A stretch of DNA of 64,000 nt, taken from Octopus vulgaris. Taxonomy: Eukaryota. Positions 54,813 through 64,000 of the stretch are shown here, piece by piece (within the stretch, counting starts at the first letter, position 1; the number at the start of each line of letters is the position of its first letter). The position numbers and the translations under genes are program-made. The notes beneath the pieces were generated by a model that saw only the letters and a program-made list of their open reading frames with translations, did no database searches and had not been told where the DNA came from. The DNA lies in NCBI GenBank assembly GCA_951406725.2, contig OX597827.1, positions 3,410,001-3,474,000 on the forward strand. Reading direction: 5' to 3'.

Positions 54813-55674
54813 TAATTTTACTCTGCTATGTATTGAGTACCTTACTTACTGTGGTTAACCCCGAATCAACCCGGGACCTACATATATATATATATATATA
54901 AATACACACACACATAAAACACAGAAATATATGTAAACATATATGCAAGTATAGACAAATAAATACACAGCCACATTCATAAAGGTAGCTATACAAAAGA
55001 GTAGACACACATTAAAACAAACCCATCCATTCTCCAAGCACTTGCATAAAGAAAATTGAACTTATATAGAGAAACACGTTTACAATAGAGAAACATGTTT
55101 ACACTTACATCTCTATTTACATACACAACTACCCTAAATTCAGTCTTACTCACATGACTAAGTCAATTACACGATCAAAATAATATATGAAAAGGCAAGA
55201 ATCTTCTGTGAATTTTTATCAGAAAATCTGTTATCTATTCTCTGTAGCTAGGTAAAGTAGGTTCAACACATATGCTTGATGGATTATATCAAGAAATGTG
55301 GTACTGCAAAACAATCAAAGATGATTGCACATCTGAAAACGCTTAGGATCTGTGAATCAAGTCCTTAAAGTATCAAGGACAGAAAGTCTTCTTTTTGCTT
55401 GGACAGTGTCCAAGAACAGACAAATGTGATTAAGAGGACGCCCAAATTGCTTGTTCGTTGCCTGATGTCACTTCTCTCACTTCGGCAGATCATGCACTAA
55501 CATTCCCTTTCACTCCTTATGCTGCATCCACTCTGCCACAGGGCTCTAAATAGTGATGGTCCCTCCCTTCAATATTGACGTACGAGTGTTTAAAAAAATA
55601 AAGTAAAGGATTAAAAATAAAGAGGCTGTATCCATTTGCAAAGGATGCATGAATGTAATTTGAGTCCGAGTAAG

Positions 55675-55718
55675 GATGATGATGATAATAATGATGATAA
55701 TAATGATAATGATAATAC

Positions 55719-55763
<45 letters not shown>

Positions 55764-55785
55764 TAATAATAATGATAATAATAAA
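55675..55785. repeat. (AAT/GAT)n trinucleotide microsatellite
   Basis: Seen directly. Confidence 0.95.
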
Positions 55786-55964
55786 CAAAATCAATGGTTA
55801 AATGGTTATCAGCAAAACAAAAAAAAAGCATTCATCAAAAATAACTATAATTGAGGAGGTGGGGAAACAACTGAACTAATTCCAAAAATATATGGAATCA
55901 AAAAGTGTAATATATGAAGGACTGAGACAGAATGTCCTTTGATAAAAATATCAAAGACATACTT

Positions 55965-56325
55965 AGGTGCAGGAATGGCTGTGTAGTTAAGAAGCAGGTT
56001 TTGCAGCCACATGGTTTTGGGTTCAGTTCTACCTAGGGGTAAGTGTATCCTATAATAGCTGTGGGCTAACCAATATCTTGTGAATGAATTTGGTTGAGAG
56101 AAACTGTAAAGAAACCTGCCATGTGTATGTATGTGATCATTGCCTACTGCTTGACAACCAGTGTTGGTCTGTTTACATTCCCATGACTTAGTGATTTGAC
56201 AAAAGAGACCAATAGAATACCAGACTTCAAAAGCATGAGTGCTAGCGTTAATTTATTTGACTAAAACCCTTCAAGTTGGTGCCCCAGCATGGTTGCAGTC
56301 CAATGACTGAAACAAGTAAAAAAAA
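55965..56325 (+). mobile_element. SINE family 1
   Basis: Colinear with 20421-20822. Confidence 0.85.
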
Positions 56326-56585
56326 GGTAAAAGAAAGATATAGACATCAAGAAATATTAATATCATAACTGGAAAAAGATTATTGAAGATATGTGTGCGT
56401 GGTCCACTCTAGTGTAAGGTGCTGAAACATGGATATTAAATAAAAGCACTGACAAACAGATCATTAAGGTGTAAGCATATAGAAGACTTTTGAGAATATA
56501 TCAGAGGCAGAACACAAAGACCAAAAGCTAAGAACTTTATTAGACATTAACAAAGATAGAAAACAAAATATTTTGGCCAAAAGTA

Positions 56586-56995
56586 AGGCTGTGTGGTTAA
56601 GAATCTCGCTTTGCAACCATGTGGTTTTGGGTTCAGTCCCACTGTGCAGCACCTTGGGCAAGTGTTTTTTTACTTTGGCCCCAGGCTGACCAATACCTTG
56701 TGAGAGAATTTGGTAGGTGGAAACTGTGTATAAGCCCATTGTATAGATATATGTATAGTTATATATGTATGCATGTAACTTTTTGTGTTTATCCCCCATC
56801 ACCACTTGACAACTGGTGTTGGTTTGTTTAAATCCCTGTAACATAGTGGTTTGGCAAAAGAGACCAACAGAATAAGTACCAGACTTATATTTAAGTACTG
56901 TGGGTGATCTGTCCGACTAAACCCTTCAAGGTGGTGCCCCAGCATGGCTGTAGTCCAATGACTGAAACAAGTAAAAAAATAAATAAATAAAAGAT
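56586..56995 (+). mobile_element. SINE family 1
   Basis: Colinear with 20421-20822. Confidence 0.85.
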
Positions 56996-59538
56996 AAGCG
57001 ATGTAATTAGTAAAAATGGATTAGAGATAGTGTTAATAGAAGGTAAATAAATGAGAGAAGTGAAACAAGAAAATGAAGAATTATGTGGATGGAATATATC
57101 AAGAATTGAACATATTTAAACTATAGTGAATGTATAAGAGGAGCATAAGAAAGATGAACATGGTGAGCCATGGTATTCAACCGCTGAGCGGAAACAATAT
57201 TTGATGACGATGATGATAATGATGGGAAGTGTTTCTGGCCAAAAGCAAAACATAGGTTTGATACTCGTGGCACCGTAATCCCAGAATGTATTCATTCACC
57301 AATTATCCCTCTCTCATTCTCTCTCCTCTTTCTTTCCTCCCCCCAACACAAACATATTTAAGGTATATATAACACAGTATGCCTGATCAATAAATGTTAT
57401 AACTCCAACTTTCTAATTAAGTCACTAGTCATTCTTCACCATTAGTAAGGAAGAAGTTTCCAGCTAGTGATTAAAAAAAAAATGGTCCAAATAGATTTTC
57501 AGTTTCTCAAAACTCATTCTATTTATGCGTACATGTAAAAACTGGTGGCAGAATAATTTCAAAAACTGAAGAGGGTAAAAAAACACTTGTGTGAATACCA
57601 AAGGATCGGGTAATGATTTTTAAATTACCTATACTGCCTAGAACAGCTTCATCGTTATTTCATATCTAAAAATCAATCAGACATTTTAAATTATATCTAC
57701 AAAAAATTCACTTGAATGATTAACATGAAGTTCTTCAACAACCCACAGGTTTTTTTTTTTTTTTTATACGATTAAGTCTCAATAAAGTTGATTGACAGAA
57801 AGCTTAAATGACTGAATATCATAGACACAAGGAAAACAAGATGATGGGAGTGAGTTCCAATGGTTTCAAGAAAGAAGATATTAGAATAAAAGAACTTATG
57901 ATGAACAAGCTCAACCGAGAAACAATGCACCCTGGGAAGAAAAGATATGTTATGACAGAGGATACTCGACCAGAAAGCTCATCAGAGCAATGATCATGGA
58001 AATACTTATAAAAAGACATAATAAAGATGATTTTTGATGATGAGCCAAAGACTCCAACCTAGCAGAAAGATGGCCCACCATAACCCTCTGTCAAACCATC
58101 TAATCCATGCTAGCAGGGAAAACGGCCATTAAATATTGATGATTTTGAATTTGAGGAATCATGTTAAGACAATCAAAGGAAGCACCAATGCAAAGTTGAA
58201 TGGTGGCCTTACAGAGACGCAAGATGTGCTGTCTCCGCCCTTTGCTCTTTCTGCTGACTTTTCCATGTTTGCATGGGTCAGATGGAAATAATTGCATCTG
58301 GATGCTCTTCCTGTCACCAACCATTTCCAAGCATGGTAATATTTTCCTAGAGCCAAATATATTTTTCATAGAAGACTGGGAATGAAGAACCTCGATACTA
58401 TGGTGATGATGGTGATGACGATGATGATGATGAGATGATGATAATGCTCATTTACAATCATCATGTGATGTCTAGGCAAGGGCACACACACACACACACG
58501 TATACATATATATATAATGATGACAACTGTATAGTAATGTAAGACAATAAAAGACAGGTTATAGATCTCATTATATAGATGTCTGCTTAGAATTAACATA
58601 AGTGGCTAGCTCACTGGTAAAGTGCCTGATGAGAACTCTTTAGGCTGCCATTCCTTCAGACTATGAACAATCTCCTTCTATACATATAAAGAAACAGGCT
58701 TTGTTTCTACACTGTTGGAGTTATGAAATTCTTTTGATGAACAGAATGGAAGGTTCTACAATAAAAGGAAAATGTATAAATGAAAAATAAACCTCAAAAA
58801 AAAAAAAATTGTGTGTGTGTGTACAGGCACATACACACACATACTTTTATATACAGCTAACACTTCAGGGCACTCCATGTGTGTGTGTGTGTGTGTGAAT
58901 TGTGACTCTCAGCTTAAATGAAAAACTTAGTACCTAGTTGATGCAAGAATGTTTTCTCCTTTCTCTCTATATATAAACTTATCAATCTATTTATCTTCGA
59001 AACAATCCATTCTATAATGAATTGTATCAAAGAGAGAGAGAAAGTATAGATGGAAAAGCCAATAGATATGCATACTAAATTCTACCAAGTTCAGAAATTT
59101 ATTTTTCTCTATCCTTCCCTCCTTGCTACTGCTCTTTGATAACATCTCATTATCCCATTGAAAGAACTATCTTGTAGCAAAGCCGTGCCAAGTTCTGTAC
59201 AGTTTAAATCTTCATTGTCACTAAGAGGACAGGGGTCAATTTTATTATTTAACCTCCACTGTTCTAAAATAACATCAACCATATTCACCTTACTATACTC
59301 CTGCACCTCATGAATTACAAATCCAGGAGGGATCTACCAGGCTGTGTGCTATGCCTTTGCCTGACTGCCCCAGGAAACTACACAGAAATAAATATATATA
59401 TATATATAGACGAATAAATAGATAGATAGATAAATAAGGTGATGCCGTCTCTTAAATGAAAATATCCTTGATATTTTGTTAAGAGCCGACTGTAAGGTGT
59501 AAGGCAGTGCTATTAGAGGTTATTGGCAAAATGTTTAC

Positions 59539-59692
59539 CTGGTAATATCTCATAGTGAGTGGTGCTGGCTTCACTCCAGCCTTGTCCACTGTCACTAAGA
59601 GAAGACATGGTTGACATCTCATTGAAGTGATCCATTGGTCTAAGCATGTGCTGCTCTTCTTTACTGATCTCAATAACACCTTGGAGACTTCC
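59539..59692 (-). CDS. Internal coding exon of a probable protocadherin (cytoplasmic domain)
   Basis: Acceptor ttctgtctttcaccattgacag|GGA, donor CCAG|gtaaac; 154 nt, open in phase 0: GSLQGVIEISKEEQHMLRPMDHFNEMSTMSSLSDSGQGWSEASTTHYEILP+G; DSGxGxSE resembles the protocadherin intracellular motif; ends in phase 1. Confidence 0.78.
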
Positions 59693-60029
59693 CTGTCAAT
59701 GGTGAAAGACAGAATGAGTTCAAGTTGTAGTACATTTCGAAATTTACATGTACGCTTTAGTAGTACATATATAAATACACACACACACACATCTATACAT
59801 GATGCCCTAGCGTGGTCACAGCCTTTGGGCTGAAATGCATAAAAGAATAAAAAACATATATATATATATATATGTATGTATTTACATATATGTACATATA
59901 TACATGTATGTACATATATAGTTACACATATATACATATCTAAATTTACATGTGCATACACACACACACACATATACATATATACATATATGTGTATACA
60001 TCTTTATCGTTAGAAGGCATAATACACTT

Positions 60030-60297
60030 GATATAAGCAGTTTATCTAGTAGGGATTACAATTCACCTTAGGCATTATATTAAGTAAAGATAGAAAATAA
60101 ACATAACAGGAGCAGTTTATTAAGTAGGAATAATAAAATACTTAATATTAGCATTTTATTACAGAGTAATATTGATACACATAATATACATAACCTGAGT
60201 AATTTATTAAGCAGGGAGTATAATACACATAACATGAGTAGTTATTGAGAAGAAATGATAATACACTCAATACAGAACATCAATTTATTAGTTAGGG

Positions 60298-60350
<53 letters not shown>

Positions 60351-60445
60351 CTTAATATAAGCGGTTTATTAACTGGGTAAAGTAATACATTTAACATGAG
60401 GAGATTATTAAGCAGGAACAATAATATGATTTTTATGAGCAGTTT
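60030..60445 (+). repeat. Degenerate ~40 bp minisatellite, about 8-9 units
   Basis: Recurring catAAC(A)TGAGCAGTTTATTAAGYAGGRA..AATAAT-like units, interrupted by (AAT)n. Confidence 0.65.
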
Positions 60446-60651
60446 GTTATAATTTTGGATTAAATGAAAAAAATGATTCTGAAAAATATTATAAAACACT
60501 TTATGAGTTTTAGGGTCCCTAGAGAATGTTACATCAACATGTAGAGTGTTATGGAGCAAAAGTCTAATTCTTTTTAACCTACTGAGTAAGGTCCAACAAT
60601 TACAGATATCATCATCATCATCATCATCACCTCCAGTAGCAGCAATAACAC

Positions 60652-60870
60652 TATTCTTTTCTACTCTAAGCACAAGGCCAGAAATTTGGGGGGAGGTGGG
60701 GCAGTCAATTAGATCGACCTCAGTATGCAACTGGTACTTAATTTATCGACCCTGAAAGGATGAAAGGTAAGGTTGACCTTGGCGGAATTTGAACTCAGAA
60801 TGTAAAGACAGATGAAATACTGCCAAACATTTCACCCAGCATAATAACATTTCTGCCACCTCGCCACCTT
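60652..60870 (-). mobile_element. SINE family 2
   Basis: aaaggatgaaaggtaaggttgaccttggcggaatttgaactcagaa; colinear with 50090-50250. Confidence 0.85.
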
Positions 60871-61986
60871 CACGGCAGCAACAATATTGTTGTTATTGCT
60901 ATTATTGTTATTGTATTTTTGGTATGTCTTAGGACCATACCAAGAAAACTGATTTACTACAAAGTTTGACAAGATAGGAACTTTTCTTTTCCGAATATTT
61001 CATGAATAAGGAACTTCAATGGGTGTAGATGTTTACCTTAGCACGTGGGGTATACAAATAAAGTTTGTGCGTTTTTTAGATATATTTCTTGACTTGTCAA
61101 AATATCAGTGAAATTTTCCACAAGTTACAACTCACATTATTTTAAATGAAAACAAAAATAAACGACACATCGGATATATCATCCAAAATAATCCTTAAAC
61201 CAAGTAAAAAAAACAAAACAGACAGGATCACCTTTGTATGTGAGTCTGCTCAACTAGTGCTAACCTTTAGCTAAGAAACAACAACTAATATACAAATCTT
61301 AATCATAGACATGAAAACAAGCACAGAAGACTAAACTAAAACATAACAATGTATAAAAGGCAAAGTCCAAAGAAATTAATGATTTATGTCAAAAGTTAGA
61401 GTACAATTTTAGTTGAAAAATCAAATTTATAAAGTTGGAAAACTTAATGTAAAATTTTTAAAAATAAGTCAAACATTTTTAACAAATAAAGGTGGTGCCC
61501 CAGCACAGTCACAGCTTCTGGCTAAAATCCATAATAGAATAATAGCCAACTTAAAATATGAACCATTGACAGTGTGGGTGCCATGTAAGAAGCACTCACT
61601 ATGCTTCGGAGTGGTTGATATTTGGAAGGGCATTCAGCTGTAGAAGCAATGCCAGAGCAGACACTTGAGCTTGGCACAGTCCCCCTCCAAAAGGTTGAAG
61701 TTCACGTAACAGACGACCAGGACTACAACAGACAGCAAGGTGTGCTGGAGACGAAGCATCAAATCCATGCAAGCATGGAAAAGCAGCAGCACAATGATGA
61801 TGGTGTTAAGGATTCACACCATTGCTTCTCAGAATTTCTTACCAAGTGCAATTCATTCTGTTTCTTCATGTCACCCCCCCCCAAAAAAAAACAGAGTAGC
61901 AACAGACTGGTTTTTTGAGTGAATAAATAAATTCTACACGTCTTGAGCACTCTGTCTCCCATGTGTGACTATGTATATGTGTGTGA

Positions 61987-62028
<42 letters not shown>

Positions 62029-62672
62029 TATCACAAACACATACACACATATATATATATATATATATACATACACTCACACACATACATAAATATATAT
62101 ATATATATATATATAACATTTCTGATATGCTTGCTTAGACACACACTCTAGATTTCTGCATCTATATTTAAGATAAAAGGATTTGTTGACCTTGTACTCT
62201 GCCATCAGAACCGAAATGTTAGAGGCCAATAAATATATTCTTTGAATTTGTAACAAACTATATTATTGTAGATTTTTGTCTTAGAATTGACAATAAAAAT
62301 CTAATTACATGCACACCCTGAAGCAAGGGGGGAGAGAGGGAGAGAGAGAGAGGAGGTGATTGAGCAATATACAGCAATCTATTGATTTGGTTGGTTATAT
62401 ATAACAATCAACTTTATTGGAGATTTTTGTCTTGCAGCCTTACTAGCTGAAAATACAAACTGGTTATCTATACATGCAAATATATATATATATATATACA
62501 TACATATATACACACACATTCGTAAACACATGCATATTCATATATGCATACATATACATATATATTCATATAAATACATATATTCATGGATACATATATA
62601 CATATAGTTAAATATATCAATGAAAATCTATATGCATGAATATCTATATTCATTTTATATGTATATACATGC

Positions 62673-62710
<38 letters not shown>

Positions 62711-62847
62711 GCATATACATATATATATATATATACACACACACACATGTATATATACATAGCTATACATATCAATGAAACTTTATATACATAAATATTT
62801 ATATGATTATATATATATATATATATATATATATACGTGCACGCATG

Positions 62848-62891
<44 letters not shown>

Positions 62892-63449
62892 AATACATGT
62901 ATGAATATAGTTACAGATAGCAATGAAAATATGTATATATATAGAGAGAGAGGTGAGAGAGTGAGTGATTTAAATGTATACATGTATATATGTGGTTGAT
63001 TAATAACAATAAACACAATAAATATATATTTTTTTTTTAACAAAATCTGAAATATGCTCGTTCAAAGAAGAGATGTAGTAATTCTCAATAAATCTTGTAA
63101 TCTCACAGTATTCTATTATAGTTTAGCTAGATACGAATGATTTAACATCTTTAAACAAATGTTTATAAACATTGTGTGTGGTAAGTAAAATAAATATTCT
63201 GTGTTTGGTTTCCACATTGATAATAGGTCCTGAGCTCTCAACATCAGTGAGCGGGATGTTGCCAACATTTAGGAAAACAAGTTCTAACAATATTTCTACC
63301 AATATCCATATCTTCAATTGATTATATTCTATTGAAATATTGATTTCAACTACATTAGCAAGGTTAAATGGATCTAAAGCAATAACGCATAGTGCGTGTG
63401 TGTGCATATGAGTACATACACACACACGCATATATATATTATATATATA

Positions 63450-64000
63450 CAAGGTGGTACCAAAAAGTTCCCGGACTAGTTCTGTATCACAGCAACAGAT
63501 GGCAGCACACGGTTTGCACAGTGAGAGCTGGCAGTGACCTTCATGGGGCAGTGTGCTGAGTGACGTCGCTGCGTCTACTTTGCAAGTTATGTACTTTGTG
63601 TTTTTGTGATTGTGTGTATGCTGCAGTCTGCGATTTTGTCACGGGCTGGAACCTGGAACAAAGAGCCAACATGAAATTTTGCATTAAACTTGGCAAGTTT
63701 GCTACAGAAGCAACGCACATGCTTCAGCAAGCTTATGACAATGAGGCAATGGGTCATCGCAATGTTTCGAGTGGCACAGTCACTTCAAACATAGAAGAAT
63801 GTCCCTAGAAGACAACGAGGAATCTGGAAGACCTGCCACAAGCATCACCCCGGGTAAAAAATTCCTTGGCTTGTGCATGAGGATTGTTGGAAGACAATCA
63901 ATGATGTCTTGAAGTGTTTGAGGGAGAATGTTTTGGTGAAAGTGACTGGATCTATGAAGCACAAAGAACTGGACCCGTCACATCAACTGCCCCCTGTCAC
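63450..64000 (+). mobile_element. Degenerate Tc1/mariner (mariner-type) element, 5' end, running off the window
   Basis: TA^CAAGGTGGTACCAAAAAGTTCCCGGACT TIR-like start; EQRANMKFCIKLGKFATEATHMLQQAYDNEAM / QCFEWHSHFK..SLEDNEESGRPATS (HTH and SGRP motif), frameshifted and internally deleted. Confidence 0.88.

Noticed and set aside
59109-59306. 65-aa minus-strand ORF near the exon
   Set aside because: No clear acceptor/donor pair or recognisable motif
59479-59979. 166-aa minus-strand ORF
   Set aside because: It overlaps the real exon in a different frame and starts in microsatellite; the splice-defined frame gives the motif-bearing peptide and the correct phase
60030-60445. CRISPR-like repeat/spacer appearance
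   Set aside because: Eukaryotic context, diverged repeats, linkers related to each other, no cas genes

Overview
AT-rich eukaryotic DNA dominated by microsatellites ((TA)n, (CA)n, (GATA/GACA)n, (AAT)n, (GAT)n) and decayed transposable elements. The SINE families and repeat landscape strongly suggest an octopus/coleoid cephalopod genome (inference). Most of the supplied ORFs are microsatellite artefacts. One host gene is supported: two minus-strand exons (59539-59692 and 37541-37827) with canonical splice sites and matching phase across a ~21.7 kb intron. They encode a Ser/Thr-rich C-terminus with an SDSGQGWSE motif, most like a protocadherin cytoplasmic tail; the 5' part of the gene lies beyond the window. 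Mobile elements include an RTE-type LINE fragment with a PHD-like finger inside the RT region, L1/Tx1-type LINE 3' fragments, a Penelope-like GIY-YIG element with inverted terminal repeats, two Helitrons with intact termini, an internally deleted piggyBac and its MITEs, a hAT MITE, a mariner relic, a probable LTR plus PBS, and three tRNA-derived SINE families. The most notable observations are several minimal hammerhead ribozyme motifs in Penelope-type repeats, a Helitron with an internal inversion, a SINE sharing its 3' tail with a Tx1-like LINE, and fold-back palindromes anchored on TA microsatellites. All calls were made by eye, and TE boundaries are approximate unless termini are quoted.
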